Positions 56,231-64,000 of a stretch of 64,000 nt of DNA are shown one piece after another (position 1 is the first letter of the stretch; every line of letters begins with the position of its first letter). The notes beneath the pieces are model-generated. The model did no database searches. It was not told the origin of the DNA and saw only the letters and a list, made by a program, of their open reading frames with translations. The DNA lies in contig JBFXJT010000003.1 in NCBI GenBank assembly GCA_050174575.1, positions 1,689 to 65,688 on the forward strand, in the 5' to 3' direction. The translations under genes were made by a program, and so were the position numbers. This DNA comes from Bacilli bacterium (GTDB lineage: Bacteria; Bacillota_I; Bacilli_A; ML615J-28; CAG-698).

Positions 56231-59125
56231 ATGAAGAAAAAAATCGTCATTATTACGCTTTTAATATTGTTAGCGTTAAGCGGATATTTGTTAATTGATT
56301 TTTTAGATGTTGAAGCAAGTGAACCGCGTCCTTATGTCGGGTCCATTTATGAAAGCGTGCTGGTTAATAGTTCTTCTTATGAAGAATATTTGCAAAACAT
56401 TGATGAAGATGTATCCGATGTTGCTTTTTCGCAAGCAGCCACTCAAGGATATACTTATTCACTAGATAACGCCAATGTCCTGCCATATGTTCTTACAATT
56501 GATGATCAAGAAGGGTTATATATCCCCGAAATTGGTGACGTATCTTGGACGGTCAATGTTCCCAAAGCAGGACAATACACCATTTCATTGACATATTATC
56601 CAATTGAAGGACGAAGTTCAGAAATAAACCGTGGGTTAAAAATAAACGGTGAATATCCTTTTTCAGAAGCATCATCATTTGTCTTACCAAGAATTTGGGA
56701 GGATGCTTTTGATGTTTCTACAAGAAGAATTGACGGAAAACATGATCAAAAACCCGCACAGATTGAAAAGCCAAGATGGAACGTATTTCCTATACGTGAC
56801 ACCGCTGGTTTTTACAACGGGAAAAGTTATTTCTTCTATTTAGAACAAGGTGCTTCCACAATTACTTTAACTGGAAATAAAGAACCAATGATTTTATCCT
56901 CGTTTCAATTTCAACCGGTTGTTAACGAAAAAACATATCTTGAATTGCTTTCTTACTACGAGGAACAAAACTATGAAAAAGTAAGTAGTGAAGAAATGAG
57001 CAATGTCGGTTATATAAAGGAACAAGGTGAAACAACTTTTGAAAAATCAACACCAATTTTATCACCTGTTGCTAATTGGAGTAGTTATAAGGTTGATCCA
57101 TATGTCCAGTTCATTACAAGATACAACACTGTTGGTGGAACAACTTGGCGTGTTGCTGGCGATTTTGTTAGTTGGGAAGTTGAAGTCCCTAAATCGGGGT
57201 TGTATCAGCTAACATTAAAAGTGCTTCAGAATTATCGTCAGGGAATGTACTCAACAAGAATTTTATCGATTAACGGTGAAGTGCCTTTTAGTGAATGCCG
57301 AAACATTCAATTTAAGTATGATAGCGATTGGCAGAATGTAACTTTAGGCAATGACGATGGTGCTTATTGGTTTTATTTTGAACAAGGCAAAAATACAATT
57401 ACATTGGAAGCAACAATTGGCGTTTATGCGCAAATAGTGAGAGTTGCGGAAGAAACCATTGCTACATTAAACTCCTTATACCGTAAGGTAGTCATGATTG
57501 CGGGAGCTAATCCCAATGAATATCAAGACTATTTGCTAGAAGAACGGATCGATGGTTTATTCGAAATGATCTCTTCTAGTGCAGATAATTTACAAGCATG
57601 CATCGACAGCATCGTTACTATTGCTGGCGAAAGAAGTGCGCTTGTTTCCAGCTTTGAACGAACACTCTATCAAATGCGACAATTTGCGAAAAGCGAACGT
57701 AATATCCAAATTGGTTTGAAAGAACTTGATGATAATATTGCTGCTTTGGGGACATGGGTCATGACCATTTCCGAACAATCTTTAGCAATCGATTGTTTTT
57801 ATATTCATGGTGAACATGTGAAATTGCCCAAAGCAAGCACAAACTTTTTCCAAAAACTTTGGCATGAAATTGTCATGCTTTTCGGAAGTTATGGTGCAAA
57901 CACATCTTTAGAAAGCAGTGTTGAAACCGATGGGGAAACAATTACTGTTTGGATATCTTCTGGCCGTGATCAATCACAACTCTTAAGACAATTAATTGAT
58001 GAATCATTTACTTTACAAAAAAATATTAATGTTAGTTTAAAATTAGTTTCGCAAGCAGCACTTTTACCGGCAACATTATCGGGGAATGGTCCCGATGTTG
58101 CCATTGGTGTTGGTCAAAACATCCCTGTTAACTGGGGGATCAGAAATGCCCTATTGGATTTAACTCAATTTACGGATTTTGAAGAAGTACAAACTTGGTT
58201 TCATGATAGCGCCATAACACCGTTTATTTTTCAAAACCATGTTTATGCATTACCAGATACTCAAGATTTTTTAGTATCGTTTGTGAGAACGGATATTATG
58301 GCTGAATTGAACATGACTGTCCCTGATTCTTGGGATGAAGTCATCGATACGCTTCCACAACTACAAAGGCAATATCTTGATTATTATTTACCTAATTCCA
58401 AGGGCGCATTAAGTTCGTTATTGTATGCAATGGTTGCTCAAAAAGGTGGTCGTTTATACGATGACGAAGGAACAAAAACATTGCTGACAGAAACAAATGC
58501 TACAGAAGCTTTTATTGATTTCACAACGTTTTTTAGTGACTATGGTTTTGAAGTGAGTGCCAACTTCTCTAATCGTTTTCGTAGTGGTGAAATGCCAATA
58601 GGCGTTGCGAATTTTTCGCTATACAATACACTATCGGTATTCGCTCCAGAAATTCGTGGTCATTGGGAATTTAGACCTTTACCTGGTTACAAAACGAATG
58701 AAGAAATTGCTAACCAAACAACATCAACTGTTACAGGAACAGTTATTTTAGGAAACACAAAGCATCCTAATGCTAGTTGGGAATTCTTGAAATGGTGGTT
58801 GGGTGAAGAAGCACAAGCGGGATATGCTCGAGGCATGGAAGCCATTCTAGGGGCTGCAGCTCGTTATCCAACAGCTAATTTAACGGCTTTTGAAAAATTG
58901 CCATGGTCAACAAAGGATTATCAATTGTTGACTTCCCAAAGAGAAAAGGCTGTTGGTGTTCCAACATTCCCTGGTGATTACATTGTCGGCCGTTATATCG
59001 ATAATGCTTTTCGGGCTTCAATCAATGATAATATCAATCCTCGTGACAGTTTATTTGAATATTGTAAAAAAATAAATATCGAACTTGAAAGAAAACGTCA
59101 AGAATTCGGTTTGAATGGAGAGTAA
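56231..59125 (+). CDS. Large (964 aa) membrane-anchored extracellular solute-binding protein: N-terminal duplicated beta-sandwich (carbohydrate-binding-like) domains fused to a family-1 sugar SBP
   Basis: The N-terminal TM/signal anchor is followed by two homologous ~150 aa modules ('W.V.VPK.G.Y.L.......R.L.INGE.PFSE...') and then a C-terminal ~420 aa SBP_bac_1-like domain. It is immediately followed by LplB/LplC-type permeases. Confidence 0.65.
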   Translation: MKKKIVIITLLILLALSGYLLIDFLDVEASEPRPYVGSIYESVLVNSSSYEEYLQNIDEDVSDVAFSQAATQGYTYSLDNANVLPYVLTIDDQEGLYIPEIGDVSWTVNVPKAGQYTISLTYYPIEGRSSEINRGLKINGEYPFSEASSFVLPRIWEDAFDVSTRRIDGKHDQKPAQIEKPRWNVFPIRDTAGFYNGKSYFFYLEQGASTITLTGNKEPMILSSFQFQPVVNEKTYLELLSYYEEQNYEKVSSEEMSNVGYIKEQGETTFEKSTPILSPVANWSSYKVDPYVQFITRYNTVGGTTWRVAGDFVSWEVEVPKSGLYQLTLKVLQNYRQGMYSTRILSINGEVPFSECRNIQFKYDSDWQNVTLGNDDGAYWFYFEQGKNTITLEATIGVYAQIVRVAEETIATLNSLYRKVVMIAGANPNEYQDYLLEERIDGLFEMISSSADNLQACIDSIVTIAGERSALVSSFERTLYQMRQFAKSERNIQIGLKELDDNIAALGTWVMTISEQSLAIDCFYIHGEHVKLPKASTNFFQKLWHEIVMLFGSYGANTSLESSVETDGETITVWISSGRDQSQLLRQLIDESFTLQKNINVSLKLVSQAALLPATLSGNGPDVAIGVGQNIPVNWGIRNALLDLTQFTDFEEVQTWFHDSAITPFIFQNHVYALPDTQDFLVSFVRTDIMAELNMTVPDSWDEVIDTLPQLQRQYLDYYLPNSKGALSSLLYAMVAQKGGRLYDDEGTKTLLTETNATEAFIDFTTFFSDYGFEVSANFSNRFRSGEMPIGVANFSLYNTLSVFAPEIRGHWEFRPLPGYKTNEEIANQTTSTVTGTVILGNTKHPNASWEFLKWWLGEEAQAGYARGMEAILGAAARYPTANLTAFEKLPWSTKDYQLLTSQREKAVGVPTFPGDYIVGRYIDNAFRASINDNINPRDSLFEYCKKINIELERKRQEFGLNGE

Positions 59126-59128
59126 AAG

Positions 59129-60085
59129 ATGAATAAAACACTTATTACTCATACACAAAAGCAAGCAGAAAGACGAGCTCGGCGACAAGAATTTTGGAAA
59201 CAAGTTAAGAAAAACAAAGTTTCTTACACGATGATTGCCCCCTTTATAATTATATTCTTTACATTCACCGTTCTTCCGGTATTGATGAGCTTTTTCTTAA
59301 GTTTTACATCTTTTGATATGCTTCAGGCACCAAAATTTCTTGGTCTTGATAATTATATTAATCTGTTTTTAAACGATGAAGTTTTTTTAATTGCAATTAA
59401 AAACACCTTTATATTAGCAGTGATTACCGGTCCTGTTTCTTATGTTTTAGCGTTTTTATTTGCCTGGCTAATCCATGAATTACCGAAAAAGATCCGTTGG
59501 TTTATGACCTTGGTTTTTTATGCTCCGTCAATCAGCGGTAGTGCTTATTTACTTTGGCAGCTAATCTTTTCTTCCGATATGTATGGCGTTTTAAATGCTT
59601 TCTTAATTAATTTAGGCATTATCAATGCACCAATTCTTTGGCTAGAATCACCTCAATATGCACTTATTATCTTAATCATTGTTCAACTTTGGTTAAGTTT
59701 AGGCGTAACTTTCCTTGCTTTCATTGCCGGATTACAAACTGTTGATCGCACTTTGTATGAAGCGGCAGCCATTGATGGTTTACGTAACCGTTGGCAAGAA
59801 TTATGGTTTATTACACTTCCTCAAATGAAATCACAATTGATGTTTGGTGCTGTAATGCAAATTACAAATGCCTTGGGGATTGCCTCTGTTTCGATTAATT
59901 TACTCGGATTTCCATCTGTGGAATATTCCGGACACACAATTGTCACCCATTTAATGGATTTTGGATCAACCAATTCCACCCGTTTAGAAATGGGATATGC
60001 TTCAGCAATTGCGACCGTCCTTTTCTTTATCATGTTGGGTTCCAACCTAATTGTTCAAAAAATAATTAGGAGGGTCGGATCATGA
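59129..60085 (+). CDS. Sugar ABC transporter permease, LplB-like (CUT1)
   Basis: LplB-type N-terminus and the EAA loop 'EAAAIDGLRNRWQELWFITLP'. Confidence 0.8.
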   Translation: MNKTLITHTQKQAERRARRQEFWKQVKKNKVSYTMIAPFIIIFFTFTVLPVLMSFFLSFTSFDMLQAPKFLGLDNYINLFLNDEVFLIAIKNTFILAVITGPVSYVLAFLFAWLIHELPKKIRWFMTLVFYAPSISGSAYLLWQLIFSSDMYGVLNAFLINLGIINAPILWLESPQYALIILIIVQLWLSLGVTFLAFIAGLQTVDRTLYEAAAIDGLRNRWQELWFITLPQMKSQLMFGAVMQITNALGIASVSINLLGFPSVEYSGHTIVTHLMDFGSTNSTRLEMGYASAIATVLFFIMLGSNLIVQKIIRRVGS

Positions 60086-61038
60086 GTAAAAAGAAAGCAA
60101 TGATGATGACCGAACAAGAGCGAAGTCAAGTCATCCAAGATCTTAAAGTTCAAGAATTAGAATGGTACAAACAAAAACGAAAATTTAAAAAATACCGCCG
60201 AGTTCGACTGAGTCGATCAATTTGGGGAGACATTTTTGTTGTTTTTGTGTTAGTACTATTTGGAACGTTCAGTGCCTATCCACTAATTTATACAATTTCG
60301 AATTCCTTAAAAGGGCTTGATGAAATTTTTGTTTTTCCACCACGTTTATTTCCGAGAAATATAACGTTTCGTAATTTTATCGATTTATTCAATTTAATTG
60401 GTAATACGCAAATTCCTATTTCTCGTTATTTTATCAATACATTAACGATTACTTTATTTGGGACAGCAGGACATGTTTTACTGTCTTCTCTTTGCGCTTA
60501 TCCTTTATCAAAGCACCGTTTTCCTGGGCGCCATTTAATCAACCAATTAGTTGTTTATTCATTAATGTTTTCAGCAGCCGTTACGGCTATTCCATCTTAT
60601 ATGATTATCAGTTGGCTTGGATTAATTGACTCGCAATTAGCCATCATCATCCCAGCGTTTGGGTTTACTTTAGGCTTGTTTTTAATGCGTCAATTTATGA
60701 ATGTCATTCCCAATGAATTACTAGAAGCAGCAAAAATTGATGGTGCTAACGAATATCAAATCTTTTTTAAAGTCGTTATGCCACTTGTGAAACCTGCTTG
60801 GTTAACTTTAATTATTTTGTTATTCCAACAATTATGGGGAACTGATGGTGGATCGTATATCTTTACAGAAAATTTAAAACCGTTAAGCTATGCTTTAGGG
60901 CAGATTGTTGCTGGCGGTGTTGCCCGAACAGGAACAGCAGCAGCTGTTACCGTCATCATGCTGATTGTGCCAATTTCCGTATTCATTTTCAATCAAACAA
61001 AGATGCTGGAAACAATGGCCCATTCAGGACTTAAGTAG
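60082..61038 (+). CDS. Sugar ABC transporter permease, LplC-like (CUT1)
   Basis: EAA loop 'EAAKIDGANEYQIFFKVVMP' with 6 TM helices. Confidence 0.8.
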   Translation: MSKKKAMMMTEQERSQVIQDLKVQELEWYKQKRKFKKYRRVRLSRSIWGDIFVVFVLVLFGTFSAYPLIYTISNSLKGLDEIFVFPPRLFPRNITFRNFIDLFNLIGNTQIPISRYFINTLTITLFGTAGHVLLSSLCAYPLSKHRFPGRHLINQLVVYSLMFSAAVTAIPSYMIISWLGLIDSQLAIIIPAFGFTLGLFLMRQFMNVIPNELLEAAKIDGANEYQIFFKVVMPLVKPAWLTLIILLFQQLWGTDGGSYIFTENLKPLSYALGQIVAGGVARTGTAAAVTVIMLIVPISVFIFNQTKMLETMAHSGLK

Positions 61039-61047
61039 GAGGGACTT

Positions 61048-62538
61048 ATGAAAAAAATTATTAGTCTACTTCTAAGTATTGTTTTGCTTGTTTCGCTTAA
61101 TTTTGCTTCCGTTAAAGGAGCTTATAATTACAGCCCTTTGGGAGAAGTGATTGCTTCAGCAGAAGCTCTGATTGCTACAAAAGTCATTGATTCTTCCAAT
61201 TTAAGAACGGAAAATGATGAAAAAGCGTCCCTTGTTTTGGGAACGCTCAGTGATGTCTTTTCATTCAATGACTATATTTATATCGTTGATAACACAAATA
61301 GTATGATTCATATCTTAAATAGTGATTATCAGTATGTGAAAAGTTTTGGACAAGGGTTAGCACCTGCCAGACTTAATAAACCGCAAGGGATTTTTATTAC
61401 TGATAACTATATTTATGTTGCCGATACCGATAATTTTCGGATAGCTATTTTTAATCATGAAGGGGAATATGAAAAAGAAATTAACGCCCCCGATGATTCC
61501 ACATTTAAACAAAGCCCCGACGATCAAACAGGATACGACTTTAAGCCAATCAAAGTTGCTGTTGACCGAACAGGACGAATTTATGCAATCGCGGATCAAA
61601 TTTTTGAAGGCATTATTGACTTTAACCCCGATGGTAGTTTTTCACGTTATGTTGGCGCTAATTCCATCACCCTATCTGTTTGGGATGCTTTTTGGTTGCA
61701 GTTTACATCCGAAGAACAAAGACAAAACCAGGGATATCGCTTAGCAACAACTTTCTCCAATTTAAATATTGATGACAAAGGTTATTTATATACATTATCG
61801 GGTCCAGAAGAAGGAACGAAAGTAATTAAAAAGCTCAACTATAAAGGGCTTGATGTTTTAACCCGTAACGGTTATGTTCCTTTAGTGGGGGATGCTAATT
61901 ATTTAATAAGTCAAGACGATGTTCCAGAAGGACCAAGTCAATTAATTGATATTGATATTAACGAGCAAGGTTATTATACCGTTTTGGATAGTGTTAGAGG
62001 ACGTATGTTCACTTATGACTTTGAAGGAAATCTCTTATATATCGGTGGACAAATAGGGAATATTAGTGGTTCCACAAACAACCAAAGTACTTTATTCATT
62101 AGTCCAAAAGCGCTATGCTACCATCAAAATAAAATTTTGGTTATCGATTCTTTAAATAAAAATTTAGTTGTTTTTGAATATACGGAATTTGGAAAACTAG
62201 TCAATGAAGCAACCAATCTTTATTTATTAGGAAAATACGATGAAGCAAAAGAAGTTTGGGAGCAAGTTCTTGTTCTCAATACCAATTATTATTTAGCCTA
62301 TGCTGGCATTGGTAAAGCCCAATTACGAGCAGGAGATTATGAACAAGCCATGGATAATCTAAAACTTGGTTATGATTCATATAATTATTCACAAGCTTAT
62401 CAACAATATCGTTATGATCAGTTAACAAAAGTATTTCCTTTTGTTATGGGAATAATCATCATTTTGATGGTTTTTGCTTTTGGAAAATCAATTAAAAAAG
62501 CTGTTGACAACGAAGTTAAGGAGGAAAAAGATGAATAA
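61048..62538 (+). CDS. Secreted NHL-repeat beta-propeller protein with a C-terminal TPR-like region and a TM anchor
   Basis: Carries a signal peptide. NHL-like 'YIYVADTDNFRIAIFNHEG', 'RIYAIAD' and 'KILVIDSLNKNLVVF' blades, TPR-like 'YDEAKEVWEQVLVLNTNYYLAYAGIGKAQLRAGDYEQA' and a C-terminal hydrophobic helix. Confidence 0.5.
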   Translation: MKKIISLLLSIVLLVSLNFASVKGAYNYSPLGEVIASAEALIATKVIDSSNLRTENDEKASLVLGTLSDVFSFNDYIYIVDNTNSMIHILNSDYQYVKSFGQGLAPARLNKPQGIFITDNYIYVADTDNFRIAIFNHEGEYEKEINAPDDSTFKQSPDDQTGYDFKPIKVAVDRTGRIYAIADQIFEGIIDFNPDGSFSRYVGANSITLSVWDAFWLQFTSEEQRQNQGYRLATTFSNLNIDDKGYLYTLSGPEEGTKVIKKLNYKGLDVLTRNGYVPLVGDANYLISQDDVPEGPSQLIDIDINEQGYYTVLDSVRGRMFTYDFEGNLLYIGGQIGNISGSTNNQSTLFISPKALCYHQNKILVIDSLNKNLVVFEYTEFGKLVNEATNLYLLGKYDEAKEVWEQVLVLNTNYYLAYAGIGKAQLRAGDYEQAMDNLKLGYDSYNYSQAYQQYRYDQLTKVFPFVMGIIIILMVFAFGKSIKKAVDNEVKEEKDE

Positions 62539-63220
62539 TGATTTAAAAAAAGTCAAGCACTTTTCCAACTTTAACTTTAAACAAGCTTTTAAAAAGTTTA
62601 TCGATGAAGCTTTTGCGAAACCCTTTTATTTAATTACTCATCCCATAAAAGGGTTTGACGAATTTAAAAGGGAAAAAACATCGCGAACGGATATTGCCAT
62701 CTTTTATCTTGTTATGATGATCATTACCCAAATTATTGCTTACAATGAGAACGGTTTTTTAATTAATCGGCAAAACCCCGATGACTTCAACTTGTTTCTA
62801 ACAATTGCTTTGGTCATTTTTCCGGTATTAATCGGCACAATAGGCAATTGGTCATCAACCGTTTTAATGGATGGTAAAGGAACAATGAAGGAAATATTCC
62901 ATGTTATATGTTATGCCTTCTTTCCTTATGTGTGGCTTGGTTTGTTTTCAACGCTTATCAGCAATATTATAACGATTGATGAAATTATTTTCTTTAGTTT
63001 TTTTAATGGGTTAGGAGCATTTTTATTAGTTTACATGTTGTTTTTTGGACTGATGGGGATTCATGAATATGGTTTATTGAAAACAATCTTCATGATTATT
63101 GCAACAGTTGTTGCCATTGCTGTCATCTTATTTATCATGTTGCTTTTCTTGTCCTTAATCCAACAAGTTTATTCCTACATTGCTTCGGTATATCGTGAGT
63201 TTGTGATGAGGTTTCTATGA
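62531..63220 (+). CDS. Yip1-domain-like polytopic membrane protein
   Basis: An AGGAGG RBS precedes ATG 62531. It has 5 TM helices and an N-terminal cytoplasmic segment. The family assignment is tentative. Confidence 0.4.
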   Translation: MNNDLKKVKHFSNFNFKQAFKKFIDEAFAKPFYLITHPIKGFDEFKREKTSRTDIAIFYLVMMIITQIIAYNENGFLINRQNPDDFNLFLTIALVIFPVLIGTIGNWSSTVLMDGKGTMKEIFHVICYAFFPYVWLGLFSTLISNIITIDEIIFFSFFNGLGAFLLVYMLFFGLMGIHEYGLLKTIFMIIATVVAIAVILFIMLLFLSLIQQVYSYIASVYREFVMRFL

Positions 63221-64000
63221 TGGAAAAAGAACCAATGACGACTTATCGGCCACTACCGTGGTATAAAAATATTTGGATTAATTGGAAATCAGGAATAACG
63301 AATTACATTCGTAATTATCGTTTTCCTTGGAAAAAATTAATAATTGTCCTTGTTTTGGCGTTTATCGTTTTAACTGTTTATTTAGCTGTTGTTTTCAGCC
63401 AAGTTATCGTACCAGAACGATTGCCGTACGATAAAACAGCGTTCATTGATGCTCCAAATTATATTGATGAATTTGGCCAAGAAACTGTTATTGAAAATGA
63501 TGATTATCGATTTGTCTTAAACAATAATTCAACAACCTTTACCATTACTGATAAATCGACCAATGAAGTTTGGTCAAGCAATCCCAATACGTCCTCAAAA
63601 CGCTTTTTAGAACCTTTGATTGTTTACTATGCTGGTTCTTTAGGTGCCGCATCATCCATGGGAGCATTGGAAAAAGCAGTCGATTTTAAAGATTATTACT
63701 TTCGAAAACAAGCCAATTCCCTAGAAATCCTCTATGAGATTGGTGGAAAAAAGGATGTTGACCGAACGGATTTTCCGGAAATCATGACCAATGCTAGAAT
63801 GGAAGAAAAAATTTTATCGAAATTGGAAGAAGGAAGTATAGCTTATCGTCGCGTTACGGAACAAATGTATACCATCGGTGAATTAAAAGGCGAACAAGTC
63901 TGGAAACTAAAAGATGGAATCACAGTAGTCCCACTACGTAATTTATATAAGATTTTTTATGAAGATTGTGGCTATACCAAAGAAGACTTACAATATGATT
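63220..64000 (+). CDS. Hypothetical N-terminally membrane-anchored extracytoplasmic protein, 3' truncated by the window end
   Basis: An ATGATG start overlaps the upstream stop, and the ORF stays open to the window end. A single TM helix (aa ~40-60) is followed by a hydrophilic domain. The family is not recognised. Confidence 0.35.
   Translation, partial: MEKEPMTTYRPLPWYKNIWINWKSGITNYIRNYRFPWKKLIIVLVLAFIVLTVYLAVVFSQVIVPERLPYDKTAFIDAPNYIDEFGQETVIENDDYRFVLNNNSTTFTITDKSTNEVWSSNPNTSSKRFLEPLIVYYAGSLGAASSMGALEKAVDFKDYYFRKQANSLEILYEIGGKKDVDRTDFPEIMTNARMEEKILSKLEEGSIAYRRVTEQMYTIGELKGEQVWKLKDGITVVPLRNLYKIFYEDCGYTKEDLQYD

Noticed and set aside
1-64000. Possibility of genetic code 4 (UGA=Trp), given the Mollicutes-like Opp proteins
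   Set aside because: Long conserved genes are intact under the standard code. TGA is used as a genuine stop at several gene ends (e.g. 40125-40127, 44072-44074, 63218-63220), immediately followed by the next gene's start.
30031-64000. Island as a mobile element or prophage
   Set aside because: No integrase, transposase, recombinase, tRNA target or flanking direct repeats are visible in the window.
1-64000. CRISPR arrays, tRNA/rRNA genes, defence systems (RM, TA, Cas, nuclease-ATPase pairs)
   Set aside because: No short regularly spaced repeats, no tRNA-like GC-rich cloverleaf segments, and no proteins with recognisable nuclease, helicase or methyltransferase defence architectures were seen.

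Overview
This is low-GC, standard-code (TGA is used as a stop) Firmicutes/Mollicutes-like chromosomal DNA, read from sequence and ORF translations alone with no database searches. The first ~30 kb is conserved housekeeping. It begins with an Opp oligopeptide ABC operon whose OppC and OppF carry large Mollicutes-style insertions. Then come spx, the Bacillus-like yjbK-relQ-nadK block, clpP, a Phe T-box leader followed by pheS and pheT, ispH, efp, coaX, uppP, tkt, pepV, trmB, an M42 peptidase, a YjjX-like NTPase, a DJ-1 protein, a large P-type ATPase, yccF and ybaK. From ~30.0 kb to the window end lies a ~34 kb, almost entirely + strand, operon-like amino-sugar/glycan utilisation island. It holds two LplABC-type sugar importers, each with a YesL-like DUF624 membrane protein; the first solute-binding gene is broken by an in-frame TAA. 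It also holds a cytoplasmic GH84 beta-N-acetylglucosaminidase and NanE. Two secreted, C-terminally anchored enzymes are present: a GHL10-like hydrolase and a phosphodiester glycosidase of the NAGPA/uncovering-enzyme type. A 1794-aa lipoprotein carries Ig-like domains and three tandem ~550 bp repeats. Three paralogs of an uncharacterised ~500 aa family share an IPLDERPCNY N-terminus and a GWNTxSN motif, and resemble DUF4127 from memory. Two paralogs of an unrecognised 319 aa cytoplasmic family are also present. The only transcription factor in the island is an unusual GNAT-GNAT-GntR(HutC/UTRA) fusion. Two island promoters share an identical TTGACTAGACA element over the -35 box, and one of them also has a perfect cre site. 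I propose the island is a previously uncharacterised catabolic system for a GlcNAc/ManNAc-phosphodiester polymer, such as a teichoic-acid-like or capsule-like glycan, with the DUF4127-like and 319-aa paralog families as its unknown enzymatic core.
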